The notes below the pieces were generated by a model that was not told the origin of the DNA, made no database searches, and saw only the letters and a program-made list of their open reading frames with translations. A stretch of 64,000 nucleotides of DNA from Nannocystis bainbridge. GTDB taxonomy: Bacteria > Myxococcota_A > Polyangia > Nannocystales > Nannocystaceae. Of the stretch, positions 51,075-61,241 are shown piece by piece. The translations under genes were made by a program, and so were the position numbers. Each line of letters begins with the position of its first letter. Position 1 is the stretch's first letter. The stretch covers positions 2,969,752 through 3,033,751 of the forward strand of contig NZ_JAQNDL010000003.1 of NCBI RefSeq assembly GCF_028368995.1, in the 5' to 3' direction.

Positions 51075-51935
51075 TCAGTCGGCCTTGACGCCGGCCGCGG
51101 CCGCGTGGGCGCGGTCGCGGACCCACTTCGAGATCGCCCGCAGCGGCTCGGCCTTGTCGCCGAGCGGGGCCGCGAGCGCGTCGCACTCGCCGACGAGCTG
51201 GTCGACGCGGGCCAGCGCCTGCGCGCGCAGGGCCTTCTGGTCGTCGTCGAGGATGTCGTCGGCGTGCTGGAACGCGATCCCGAACTTGAGGCCCCACGTC
51301 TCCATCGACTGCACCGTGTCCGCGTCGGCGCCGGCGTAGAGGGCCCCGAGCGCGCCGGCGGCGGCGTACAGCGCCCCGGTCTTGAGCGCGTGGACCTGCT
51401 CGAGCGCGGCGAGGTCGTGCGCGTCTTGCCCGAGGGCCAGGTCGAGCGCCTGGCCGCCGACCATGCCGTCGACGCCGGAGTGGTGGGCGAGCACGCGGGC
51501 CGCGGCGACCAGGTTGGCCGCCGGCACGCGGTCGGCCCCGCGCATCAGCGCCATGAAGGCCTGGCTGAGCAGGGCGTCGCCGACGAGGATCCCGCCGGCG
51601 TGGCCGAAGGCGACGTGGACCGTCGGCTGGCCGCGGCGCTCGAGGTCGTTGTCCATCGCCGGCAGGTCGTCGTGCACGAGCGAGTAGGCGTGGACCATCT
51701 CGAGCGCGCAGCAGGCCGGCAGCGCGGCCTCGGCGGCGCCGCCGACGGCCTCGCAGGCGGCGATGATCACCAGCGGTCGCATGCGCTTGCCGCCCTGCAG
51801 CACCGCGTAGCGCATGCCCTCCTTGAGGCGGCCGGGGTCGCCGGCGCCGCCATCGGGCAGCGCGCGCACGATGGCCTCGTCGACCAGCTTGCGGCGCTCG
51901 CCGAGGTAGGCGTTGAGCTCAAAAGTTTTCGTCAT
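51075..51935 (-). CDS. ispA: Polyprenyl (farnesyl) diphosphate synthase
   Basis: GGKRMRP, HDDLPAMDNDLERRG, GQALD, KTG and DDILD motifs; lies downstream of xseB. Confidence 0.9.
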   Translation of the reverse strand: MTKTFELNAYLGERRKLVDEAIVRALPDGGAGDPGRLKEGMRYAVLQGGKRMRPLVIIAACEAVGGAAEAALPACCALEMVHAYSLVHDDLPAMDNDLERRGQPTVHVAFGHAGGILVGDALLSQAFMALMRGADRVPAANLVAAARVLAHHSGVDGMVGGQALDLALGQDAHDLAALEQVHALKTGALYAAAGALGALYAGADADTVQSMETWGLKFGIAFQHADDILDDDQKALRAQALARVDQLVGECDALAAPLGDKAEPLRAISKWVRDRAHAAAAGVKAD

Positions 51936-52251
51936 CGTCGTCACTCTCTTCCGCTTCGCCGGCCCCCGGGAACGGCACCGCCTCGTCGCGGCCCTCGAGC
52001 AGGACCTCGACCCGCTGCTCGACCGCGTCGAGCAGCGACGTGCCGCGCCGCGCGAGTCGCACGCCGTCTTCGAAGCGCTGGAGCGCCGTCTCGAGCGGGA
52101 GGTCCCCGGCCTCGAGCTCGGCGACCACGCGTTCGAGGCTGGCGAGCACCTGATCGATGGCGGGGCCGTCGCGCGCCGGCTCCGCCGCGGGGTCGGCGGG
52201 TTTCCCGGCTGCGGGGCGCTTGGATGGGTTCGGTTTGCCCGGGGACGCCAT
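51919..52251 (-). CDS. xseB: Exodeoxyribonuclease VII small subunit
   Basis: LERVVAELEAGDLPLETALQRFEDG...EQRV; xseB-ispA synteny. Confidence 0.92.
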   Translation of the reverse strand: MASPGKPNPSKRPAAGKPADPAAEPARDGPAIDQVLASLERVVAELEAGDLPLETALQRFEDGVRLARRGTSLLDAVEQRVEVLLEGRDEAVPFPGAGEAEESDDDDENF

Positions 52252-52331
52252 GCGGCCGCGGAGTATACGGGCCGGAGATCCAGCCTCGCAACGCTTGCCG
52301 CGGCGGCTTTGCCGCGATAGGTTTCCTGCCG

Positions 52332-52841
52332 ATGCACGACCGTCGGCATTCTGGGCTGCCCGACCTCGAGAGCTTGATGGGGCAGTTCCACGCCTATCTC
52401 AGCAAGAAGCAGCTCAAGTCGACCCGTCAACGCGACCTCATCGCGCAGAAATTCTTCGCCGCCCACGGCCACATCAGCATCGAGGAGCTGCTCAACCTCA
52501 GCCGCGCCGAGAACCCGCGCATCGGCTACGCGACCGTCTACCGCACGCTCAAGCTGCTCGCCGAGTGCGGCCTCGCGGCCCAGCGGCGCTTCGGCGACGG
52601 CCAGACGATGTACGAGACCGCCGGTGACACCGAGCACCACGACCACCTGATCTGCATCGAGTGCCAGCACGTGCTCGAGTTCCAGAACGACGACATCGAA
52701 CACGAGCAGGAGCGGGTCGCCCGCAGCTTCGGGTTCAGCCTGGTCCGCCATCGGCTCGAGCTCTACGGCCTTTGCCCCAGGGCTCGCGGGATCAAGGGCG
52801 GCTGGTGCCCCAACGAGGAGCAGCGCAAGCTCAGCGACTGA
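52332..52841 (+). CDS. fur: Fur-family metal-responsive regulator
   Basis: TRQR, ATVYRTL, HHDHLICIEC and LYGLC motifs. Confidence 0.9.
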   Translation: MHDRRHSGLPDLESLMGQFHAYLSKKQLKSTRQRDLIAQKFFAAHGHISIEELLNLSRAENPRIGYATVYRTLKLLAECGLAAQRRFGDGQTMYETAGDTEHHDHLICIECQHVLEFQNDDIEHEQERVARSFGFSLVRHRLELYGLCPRARGIKGGWCPNEEQRKLSD

Positions 52842-52868
52842 AGTACGCTGTTTGTGCTGCGCGTCACC

Positions 52869-53168
52869 ATGCCCGAAGCCGATCTCCAGGTCCTGCTGCA
52901 ACAGATCGCCGCGCTCGCCGCCGTCGCGCTCGCCGCGGGCTGGCTGACCGCCCGCTGGCTGGTCCGCCGCAAGGGCGAGTGCGGCGGCTCGTGTGCCCGT
53001 TGCGAGGGCGCGAGCGCGTGCGAAAAGGCGGCAGGGTCGGCCCCGCACGACCACGGCACCGGCTCCGGCTCGCCGAAGGGCGTGCGTTCACCCGCGCTCC
53101 GCGTCATGCAGTCGGGGCCCGGTTCGGCCGCGCACCCTGGAAATCTGCCCGGCCCCCCCGCCGTCTGA
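52869..53168 (+). CDS. Small Cys-rich membrane protein (FeoB-associated-like)
   Basis: One TM helix followed by CGGSCARC...C; directly after fur. Confidence 0.55.
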   Translation: MPEADLQVLLQQIAALAAVALAAGWLTARWLVRRKGECGGSCARCEGASACEKAAGSAPHDHGTGSGSPKGVRSPALRVMQSGPGSAAHPGNLPGPPAV

Positions 53169-53192
53169 CGCCGCACCATCGGAGCCTCTCAT

Positions 53193-53576
53193 ATGCGCAA
53201 AGCCTCGCGTTCTCTCCTCCTGTTCTCCTTCGCCCTCGCCCTGGGCGCCTGCGCCGGCGGTTACTCCGGCAAGTTCAAGGGCAACGGCACCGGCGCGCGC
53301 GTGCCGGCCTCGCAGGTCAAGACCGTCGCCTCCAGGGACGCCCTCGGCGACACCGCGTACACCCAGCTCGGCACCGCCATCGGCAAGGCTCCCTCCGCGC
53401 AAGAGGCCGTCGACCTCGCCAGGGAGCACTGCGGCATGAACGGCGGCAACCTGCTGATCCTCAACACCCAGCCCTATCAGTCCGGCAGCCGCTGGATCGC
53501 CGACGCCGCCTGCGGCACCGACGGCGCCGCGCCCAAGGCCGCCAACACCTCCGGCAAGGGCAAGCCGGCCCGCTGA
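53193..53576 (+). CDS. Small lipoprotein
   Basis: LGAC lipobox. Confidence 0.75.
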   Translation: MRKASRSLLLFSFALALGACAGGYSGKFKGNGTGARVPASQVKTVASRDALGDTAYTQLGTAIGKAPSAQEAVDLAREHCGMNGGNLLILNTQPYQSGSRWIADAACGTDGAAPKAANTSGKGKPAR

Positions 53577-53654
53577 TCGCCCCCGAGCGGCTCGCGCCCG
53601 AGCCGGCTCGCAACGCAGAGCGCCCCCGAGCCCGAACCGGCCCGGCGGGCGCTC

Positions 53655-53740
53655 TGTCTTTTACGGCATGTCCCTCGGGACCTGTCCCGACGCGCATGCT
53701 CTCACGGACATGCCCTCACGGACATGTCCTCGCGGACCTC
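53655..53740. repeat. 14-bp palindromic unit array between convergent genes
   Basis: Junctions at 53667, 53681, 53695, 53709, 53723 and 53737. Confidence 0.92.
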
Positions 53741-54874
53741 TCAAAGGTCCTGCTCGAACGAGCCCGACTGTCCGGCGCGCTCGTTGAGCAGCCGCTCGCG
53801 GCGGGCGCTCTCGTTGGCCTCGTCTTCGCGGCGCGCGTGCTCCATCAGCAGCCACGTCACCGACAGCGGCGCGAGCGACAGGTCGCCGAGCTCGCGCGGC
53901 TCGAGCGTGAAGAACTCGAAGTGTCCGCCCTCCCAGCCGAGCAGGTCGAACACGCGGTCGATCGCCGAGGCGGCGTAGCCGAGGTTCTTCACGTCGCGCA
54001 GCACGCCCTGGACCAGCCGCAGCACCGCGCTGTCTTGCCCGCTGTCGAGCCGCAGGTCGCCGGTCTTCTTCTCGGCCTCGAGGAACGACAGCACGCTGCC
54101 GAGGCGGACGTGCTGCAGGTCGCCGCGCAGCCCGCGGTTCTCCACGGCCCCGAGGCCGGTGCGGCGCGCGACCACGCCTTGCAGGCGGGCCACGATCTCG
54201 TCCGCGGACAGGTTCTTCGGCAGGAAGTCGTCGACGCCCATGCGATAGCCCTGGAGGCGCGACATGTCGTCGGACAGCGCGGTCAGGAACACGATCGGCA
54301 CGTGGGCCAGCTTCTTGCGGCCGCGGGCCATCCGCAGCAGCGTCCAGCCGTCCATCTCGGGCATCTCGACGTCGGTGAGCAGCAGGTCCGGCTCGCTCTT
54401 GAGCGCGGCCGAGATCGCCATCAATCCGTTGTCCGCGGTGGTGACGTTGAGCCCGCGCTCGCGCAGCGCCGCAGCCATCTCCGCGCGCACGCTCGGCGAG
54501 TCGTCGACCAGCAGCACGTTGAGCGCGCGCGACGGCGGCGGCTCGGCTTGCGGGCTCGTCGAAGCGTCGAGCACCGAGTTCACGCACAGGCCGAAGATCC
54601 GCTCCTGCTCGGCCGTGAACGCGGCCAGTTGGATCAGCGTGCCCTTGCCGCCGTCGGCTCCGAGGTCGACCGCCGTGCCGCTGAGGTACAAAATGGCGCG
54701 GTTCGGCAGGCTCAGCTTGACCCGCACCGGCTGGCCCGTCTCGAGATTACGAACGCCCGGGAGCAGCAGAAACCCGCGTCGCAGGTTGTCTGTGTACTCT
54801 ACGAGGAAGTCGTCGTAGGATTCGAAGCGCACGCCGAACGTGGCGATCTTCGCAGGCTTCGGCGCGTCAGCCAT
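53741..54874 (-). CDS. PilZ-like + receiver + DUF4388 protein
   Basis: FLVEYTDNLRRG PilZ-like N-terminus; LVDD, TDVEMP and LPK receiver; LRGDL...KKTG...WEGGHF...LLME (DUF4388). Confidence 0.8.
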   Translation of the reverse strand: MADAPKPAKIATFGVRFESYDDFLVEYTDNLRRGFLLLPGVRNLETGQPVRVKLSLPNRAILYLSGTAVDLGADGGKGTLIQLAAFTAEQERIFGLCVNSVLDASTSPQAEPPPSRALNVLLVDDSPSVRAEMAAALRERGLNVTTADNGLMAISAALKSEPDLLLTDVEMPEMDGWTLLRMARGRKKLAHVPIVFLTALSDDMSRLQGYRMGVDDFLPKNLSADEIVARLQGVVARRTGLGAVENRGLRGDLQHVRLGSVLSFLEAEKKTGDLRLDSGQDSAVLRLVQGVLRDVKNLGYAASAIDRVFDLLGWEGGHFEFFTLEPRELGDLSLAPLSVTWLLMEHARREDEANESARRERLLNERAGQSGSFEQDL

Positions 54875-55007
54875 CCCGTCGCCACATCCTACGGGTTTTC
54901 CCCGCGAGGATCCAACGACAGTCTTCACTGGCCCCCACGACACTCACTCGAGATAGTATCTGCAAGTGAACATTTCGCGCAGCGCACCGAGGCACGCCAG
55001 GTCGGCC

Positions 55008-56207
55008 ATGACCGCGTCCGCGGCGCTGAGTTCGCTCGGCGCCTTTGCGCTCGTCCTGGCCTCGATGTTCGTGGTGCCGTTCGCGCTGTGGTGCAACTTT
55101 TCGCTCGCGCGGACCGCTCAGCTCGACGCCCGTGTATCGGCCCCGTGGCTGTGGATCCTCGCGTTCGTCGTCACTCTGGGCCTGCCGGTCGCCCTCTCCG
55201 TGTGGAAGTACGGCACCGACGGCCGCCGCCTGTCCGCGGCGATGATGTGGCTGCCGTTGCTGTGGAACCTCGGCGCGATCCTTCTCTGCACTCAGGTGAT
55301 CCCGGGTTTGCTGGTCCAGTCGCTCCGGGCCCAGGGTGACCTCGCTGGCACACGCTTCGGTGATTCTCACAAGGTCGCGCGGATCCTCAGTGCGGTGGGC
55401 AACGGTCTCGCAGATCGCCTCGCCCCGCCCGCCGCGCCGCGCGCCGCGGCGAGAGCGAGCGAGTCCGCGCCGACGCCCGTGACCCTCGCGCCGGGCGCCG
55501 CGCCGAACACTGCGATCGCCGTGCCCTTCTCCGCCGCCGGCAACGCGATCCTCATGAACGTCCAGCTCGAGGGCCCCGGCGGTCGCCTCGATCTGCCGTA
55601 CCTGTTCGACACCGGCGCCTCGTTCACCACCGTGCACACCGAGACCGCCGCCAAGCTCGGGCTCAAGGTCCCGGCCGACGCGCCCACGCTGCAGTTCAAC
55701 ACCGCCAGCGGCCCGCGCGAGAGCCGGATGGTCTACTTGCCGGTGCTGCGCCTCGGCGGCATCGAGCTCAACGGCCTGCTCGTCAGCGTGTGTGACGGCT
55801 GCGCCAACGACCGCTCGCAGGGCCTGCTCGGGCTCAACGTCATGCGCGAGTTCCTGGTCGAGATGGACTACCAGGCCGAGCGCATGAAGCTCTTGCCGCG
55901 CCCGCACGACGGCCGGGCCAACCGCGCCTACGACATCTACCCGGCGGTCCAGATCGAGGTCGAGGGCTCGCCGGAGATCTGGCTCGGACGGATCCGGTGG
56001 ATCTTGCTGGTCAAGAACCGCAGCACCGTGGCGATCGAGAACGTGCTGCCCGAGGTCCACTTCTCCGACGGTCAGCGCATGGCCGGGGCCCGCATCGCCC
56101 GCATCGAGCCTGGCGGCTCCGGTCGCTCGCTGGTCGAGGGCAAGACCGTCGCCGAGGATCACGAGAAGCTCGGCTTCACCCTCGCGCTCGCCGAGGCGTA
56201 CTGGTGA
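55008..56207 (+). CDS. Membrane-anchored retropepsin-like aspartyl protease
   Basis: Three TM helices; LFDTGAS and GLLGLN motifs. Confidence 0.85.
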   Translation: MTASAALSSLGAFALVLASMFVVPFALWCNFSLARTAQLDARVSAPWLWILAFVVTLGLPVALSVWKYGTDGRRLSAAMMWLPLLWNLGAILLCTQVIPGLLVQSLRAQGDLAGTRFGDSHKVARILSAVGNGLADRLAPPAAPRAAARASESAPTPVTLAPGAAPNTAIAVPFSAAGNAILMNVQLEGPGGRLDLPYLFDTGASFTTVHTETAAKLGLKVPADAPTLQFNTASGPRESRMVYLPVLRLGGIELNGLLVSVCDGCANDRSQGLLGLNVMREFLVEMDYQAERMKLLPRPHDGRANRAYDIYPAVQIEVEGSPEIWLGRIRWILLVKNRSTVAIENVLPEVHFSDGQRMAGARIARIEPGGSGRSLVEGKTVAEDHEKLGFTLALAEAYW

Positions 56208-56211
56208 TCGC

Positions 56212-56925
56212 ATGCCCGTCGAAGCCGCCCCGACCTTCGAGTGGTCCTACGTCTTCCTCGCCGTCCTGATCCCGGTCGCGATCCTCGTCTACATGCTCGG
56301 CAACTTCCGGGCGAAGCGCCTCGGCAGCGCCCGCAACCTCGAGCCTCAGGGTCGCCGCATGCCGAAGGGCGCGATCCGCAGCGACCCGCAGTTCTCCGGC
56401 TTCGTCGGTCGCGCCCTCGAGCGTGGCCTGCTCACGCCGATCGCCGCCGCTGACGCCCAGCCGATCATGATCCGCGGCGTCATCACCACCGCCGACGGCA
56501 ACCTCGGCGGCGCCCCGGGCCGCGAGTGCGTGTGGCGCAACCGCAGCGGCGCCCCGCGTGACGCCGCCGTCGCCGCCGAGATCGTCGTCGTCAGCGACGC
56601 CACCGGCCGCCTCACGCTCGAGAACCTCGACCGCGCCGAAGTCATCGCCCCCGAGGAGAAGACCGGTCCGCGCGTGGCCGGCTCCGGCCTCTACATCGGC
56701 GACGAGATCGAGGTCATCGGCCGGTTCAAACCCGAGCGGTTCGGCAGCGACCCCGACCCGACCCGCCTCGTCTACGGCTCGATGGGCGGCGACGGCAACC
56801 TCTACGTGCGCGTCCACAGCCGGTCGAATTTGCCCGCCGCGGCAGAAACTCCCGTGCCCGCCGCCGCCGAGGCGTTATCCTCCCCAGCCTCCCCCGCCCA
56901 GGCCCCGCAGGAGACCACCGAATGA
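56212..56925 (+). CDS. Hypothetical membrane protein
   Basis: N-terminal TM helix, coding bias, operonic spacing. Confidence 0.7.
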   Translation: MPVEAAPTFEWSYVFLAVLIPVAILVYMLGNFRAKRLGSARNLEPQGRRMPKGAIRSDPQFSGFVGRALERGLLTPIAAADAQPIMIRGVITTADGNLGGAPGRECVWRNRSGAPRDAAVAAEIVVVSDATGRLTLENLDRAEVIAPEEKTGPRVAGSGLYIGDEIEVIGRFKPERFGSDPDPTRLVYGSMGGDGNLYVRVHSRSNLPAAAETPVPAAAEALSSPASPAQAPQETTE

Positions 56926-57758
56926 AGCGCATCCTCGTCTGCCTCGCCGCGTTCAGCCTGACCGCGGCTTGCAAGAAGTCCGCGGACACCGACAAGCCGT
57001 CCGACGACAAGCCCGCCACCACCGACGCCGACAAGCCGGCGCCCGTCACCACCGAGCCCGACCCGCCCGCGATCGCCGAGGCCCGCGCCAAGTACATCGC
57101 CGGCCAGTACGGCCAGGTCATCGAGACCATGAAGCCGCTCGTCGACGACCTCAAGTCGAAGGAGAAGGCCCGCGCCTCCGGCCTCGGCGCTGCATGGTTG
57201 TCGCTCGCGCTCGCCGAAGACGTCGTCGAGAACGCCAAGGAGCCCGCCGACCACGCCCAGGCGATGGCCGAGCAGACCGGCGACCCCGAGGTGAAGATCG
57301 CCGCCAAGCTGGCTCAGGGCGCTTACAAGCTCAAGACCGAGGACTTCGCCGGCGCCGCCGCCGACTTCGAGGAGGCTTACAACCTCCAGAAGGACGGCCC
57401 CAACGCCGGCCTCGCCCTCGTCATGTACGGCAACACCAAGATCAACCTCGCCTTCGGCGGCGAGGACAACGCGATCGTCAACCCCGGCGAGCTCGACTCG
57501 GCCGCCTCGACCTTCGTCAAGGCCCAGCGCCTGGTCGAGAAGCAGCCGGGCAACGAGCTCCTCGGCGCCCGCGCGCTCGAGGGCCAGGCCGCCGTCGTCC
57601 GCTACAAGGACAAGAAGAACACCCCCGAGGCGTGCCGCCTGATCGCCGAGGCCGCCAAGATCTACACCACCAAGGGCGCCGGCCAGCCCTTGATCGACGC
57701 GGCCAACGCGCTCCAGGACGAGGCCAACTGCGGCCCCGCCCCGGCCGCCGCGAAATGA
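56922..57758 (+). CDS. TPR-like lipoprotein
   Basis: LTAAC lipobox; helical repeats; ATGA coupling. Confidence 0.8.
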   Translation: MKRILVCLAAFSLTAACKKSADTDKPSDDKPATTDADKPAPVTTEPDPPAIAEARAKYIAGQYGQVIETMKPLVDDLKSKEKARASGLGAAWLSLALAEDVVENAKEPADHAQAMAEQTGDPEVKIAAKLAQGAYKLKTEDFAGAAADFEEAYNLQKDGPNAGLALVMYGNTKINLAFGGEDNAIVNPGELDSAASTFVKAQRLVEKQPGNELLGARALEGQAAVVRYKDKKNTPEACRLIAEAAKIYTTKGAGQPLIDAANALQDEANCGPAPAAAK

Positions 57759-57960
57759 GCCCGACGGCAGCGGTGCCTCACCGCTGCCCATCACGACCGC
57801 CGCCGCGCCGCCTCATCCGCGGCGCATGGCGCCGGGCCTGGACGGGCGCCGGGCCCTGCGCTCCGCGCCTGCGTCGTCGCTGCTTGCCGCTGCAAAGTCA
57901 CCAGCGCTCGTGAGCGCGGGGCTTCTCGCCGCGTCGCGCATCTGCGACAACCTTTCGGCC

Positions 57961-59602
57961 ATGGAGCCCGCAGCGGGTCAAGATCCGTACCTCAATCACT
58001 GGGCCGACGCGGCCGCCGCCAAGACTCTTGCCGCGCACGCGGACGCCAAGGTCGTCACCGTCGCCGCCGGCATCACGCCTTCGGGCGTCGTCCACGTCGG
58101 CAACTTCCGCGAGGTCATCACCGTCGACCTCGTCGCTCGGGCCCTGCGCGACCGCGGCGCCGACGTCCGCTTCATCTACTCGTGGGACGACTTCGACGTC
58201 CTGCGCAAGGTCCCGGCCGACATGCCGCAGCGCGACATGTTGAACGACAACCTGCGCCGCAGCATCAGCGCCGTGCCCGACCCCTACGGTGAGCACGACA
58301 GCTACGCCGGGCACAACATCGCCGCCTTCGAGAAGAGCCTCGCCCCGCTCGGCATCCAGCCCGAGTTCATCCGTCAGTCGCAGCGCTACCGCGCCGGCGC
58401 CTACGCCGAGGGCATCCGCCTCGCCCTCAAGCACGCCGCCGACATCCGCGCCGTCCTCAACAGCGTGCGCGACAAGACCACCGCCAACACCCGCCTCGAG
58501 GACGGCTGGCTGCCGCTGTCCGGCTTCTGCGACAACTGCGGCCGCGACACCCTCGCCTTCGCCGTCCAGGACGAGTGGACCGTTCATTACGACTGCAGCG
58601 CGTGCAAGCACGCCGCCGACGTCGACCTGCGCCAGGGCGGCAACCTCAAGCTCCCGTGGCGCATCGACTGGCCGATGCGCTGGGCCCACGAGCGCGTCTG
58701 CTTCGAGCCCGGCGGCAAGGACCACAGCACCGCCGGCGGCAGCTTCGACACCGCCAAGGACATCGTCCGCGTCGTCTACGGCTGGCAGGCCCCCGAGTAC
58801 GTCGGCTACGACTTCGTGCGGATCAAGGGCCGCGCCGGCAAGATCTCGAGCAGCAAGGGCGACGTCGTCACCGTCTCCGACTGCCTCGAGATCTACGAGC
58901 CCGAGGTCCTGCGCTGGATGTTCGTCTCGTTCCGCCCCAACACCGAGTTCCAGATCAGCTTCGACCTCGACGTCATCACCCTCTACGAGAACTTCGACCG
59001 CACGCGCCGGATCGCCTACGGCGTCGAGCCGGCCAAGGACGCCCAGGCGCGCCTCGTCGCCCAGCGCACCATGCAGCTGGCCAGCGTCGACCACCGCCGG
59101 ATCGGCGAGGGCGACGTCCTGCCGTTCGTGCCCGGCTTCCGCCACCTCAGCATGACGCTGCAGATCTTCGAGGGCGACCTCGACAAGACCGTCGCCTACT
59201 ACGCCGAGGCGGGCCAGATCAACGGCGACGAGTCGCGCCGCCTGACCCGCCAGCGCGCCCGCTGCGTGTGGAACTGGATCGCCGAGTGGGGCCCCGACGA
59301 GTTCCGCTACCAGCTGCGCCGCGAGCCTAAGCTGCGCGAGCTGTCCGCCGACGAGGCCACCTGCCTCGCCCGCCTGCTCGCCCCGCTGCGCGGCCGCGAA
59401 GAGATCCGCGAGGACGAGTTGGTCCCGACCATGAAGACGCTGTGCGAGGGCACCGGCCTCGACAACAAGACCTTCCTCCCGGTCGTCTACGACCTGCTCA
59501 TCGGCCGCGACAAGGGCCCCAAGCTGACCACGCTGATCACCGCGATCGGGACCGGCCCGCGCCCTGTCCCTGCTCGCGCCGAGCCTGCCCGCCGGGACAT
59601 GA
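57961..59602 (+). CDS. lysK: Class I lysyl-tRNA synthetase (3' end shifted by a probable sequence error near 59548)
   Basis: GITPSGVVHVGNFRE, KLPWRIDWPMRW, EPGGKDH, KISSSKG and GPKL motifs. Confidence 0.92.
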
Positions 59603-59745
59603 CCACCAAGTGGCATGGTCCTTCGGACATGCTCCGAAGGACCTGTCCTCTCGAACACGATGGGCAGCAAGCACAGCCCTGGTGCGAACGGCCCTGCTAC
59701 CGACGCCCACGCCCGGTCGCAGGAGCCTCGCAGTGCGCTCATCCC

Positions 59746-60429
59746 TCACGCGGGCCACGCCGCGAGCACCGCCGCCCTCGATTCGCGCGCTAGCCTACCA
59801 CGCAGCGCGTGGCGTCCTCCGCCCCGAGCCCGCAGGAATCCCACGCCACGTGGTCGACGTACGGCTCCTCCGCCGCGATCGCCAGCGGGCACGCCAGCTC
59901 CGCGCCACCAGCTCCGGCATCACCTCGCCGCGCCTCCTTTAAAAGGCTTTGAGCCGCTTCTCGCGCTCGGCCACGCAAAGCGTCAGCGTCTCGATCGCCG
60001 CCGCCAGCACCGCGCGCACGTTCCTCGCGCGAGCCCTGGCACCCGCGCAGCCGCACCTGCCGGTACCACGCCAGCAGCGCGTAGCAGCTGGCGCGAATGT
60101 AGCGGACCTGCCGTGCGCGCCCTGTGGTTCGGCCGCGTCGAGTTGGTCGGTGCGCGTAGGCGATGTCGACCGCGCGCGGGCGGCTGCCACCATCAACCTG
60201 TCCTCGGGACATCCTTGCGCACCACCTGGCCCGCGCCCGTCACCGCGCCGAAGCCGACCTCGCGCGGCCCGACCATCCCGCCCGCGCCGCCGAGGAAGAT
60301 CCGTCGCTCGCGCAGCAGCACCCCGCGGGGCACGTCGCCGACCAGCGACGCCGTCGCCTTGTCCCCGCGCGCCCCCCACGGCGTGAAGTTGAAGTGGATG
60401 AACCCGCTGCCGACCTCGGAGGACTTCGC
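59746..60429 (-). pseudogene. 3' half of GlmU-related hexapeptide/pyrophosphorylase-like gene (indel-rich copy)
   Basis: Mirror of 60430-61102 with many indels; truncated at the fold. Confidence 0.55.
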
Positions 60430-61102
60430 GCGAAGATCACTCCGAGGTCGGCAGCGGGTTCATCCACTTCAACTTCACGCCGTGGGGGCGCGCGGGGACA
60501 AGGCGACGGCGTCGCTGGTCGGCGACGTGCCCCGCGGGGTGCTGCTGCGCGAGCGACGGATCTTCCTCGGCGGCGCGGGCGGGATGGTCGGGCCGCGCGA
60601 GGTCGGCTTCGGCGCGGTGACGGGCGCGGGCCAGGTGGTGCGCAAGGATGTCCCGGAGGACAGGTTGATGGTGCAGCCGCCGCGCGCGGTCGACATCGCC
60701 TACGCGCCCGACCAACTCGACGCGGCCGAACCACGGGCGCGCCGGCAGGTCCGCTACATCGCCCAGCTGCACGCGCTGCTGGCGTGGTACCGGCAGGTGC
60801 GGCTGGCGCGGGTGCCAGGCTCGCGCGAGGACGTGCGCGCGGTGCTGGCGGCGGCGATCGAGACGCTGACGCTTTGCGTGGCCGAGCGCGAGAAGCGGCT
60901 CAAAGCCTTTTTAAAGGAGCGCGGCGAGGTGATGCCGGAGCTGGTGGCGCCGGAGCTGGCGTGCCCGCTGGCGATCGCGGCGGAGGAGCCGTACGTCGAC
61001 CACGTGGCGTGGGTCCGCGGGCTCGGGGCGGAGGACGCCACGCGCTGCGTGGAGTGGCTGCGCGCGATCGAGGCGGCGGTGCTCGCGGCGTGGCCCGCGT
61101 GA
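60430..61102 (+). pseudogene. 3' half of GlmU-related hexapeptide/pyrophosphorylase-like gene (cleaner copy)
   Basis: REDHSEVGSGFIHFNFTPW/GARGDKATASLVGDVPRGV...IFLGG.GG.VGP; no start codon; one G-run frameshift near 60485. Confidence 0.6.
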
Positions 61103-61241
61103 GGGATGAGCGCCTGCGAGGCTCCTGCGACCGGGCGTGGGCGTCGGTAGCAGGGCCGTTCGCACCAGGGCTGTGCTTGCTGCCCTCGTGTTCGAGAGGA
61201 CAGGTCCTTCGGAGCATGTCCGAAGGACCATGCCCTTGGGG

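Noticed and set aside
59603-59793. C-terminal extension of the first lysK copy (655-aa ORF)
   Set aside because: Caused by a 1-bp insertion near 59548; the mirrored copy ends normally at ...SLPAGT.
60400-60460. Hairpin telomere of a linear replicon
   Set aside because: The fold truncates a gene, the arms differ by error-like indels and no protelomerase is visible. An artefact is more parsimonious, pending read data.
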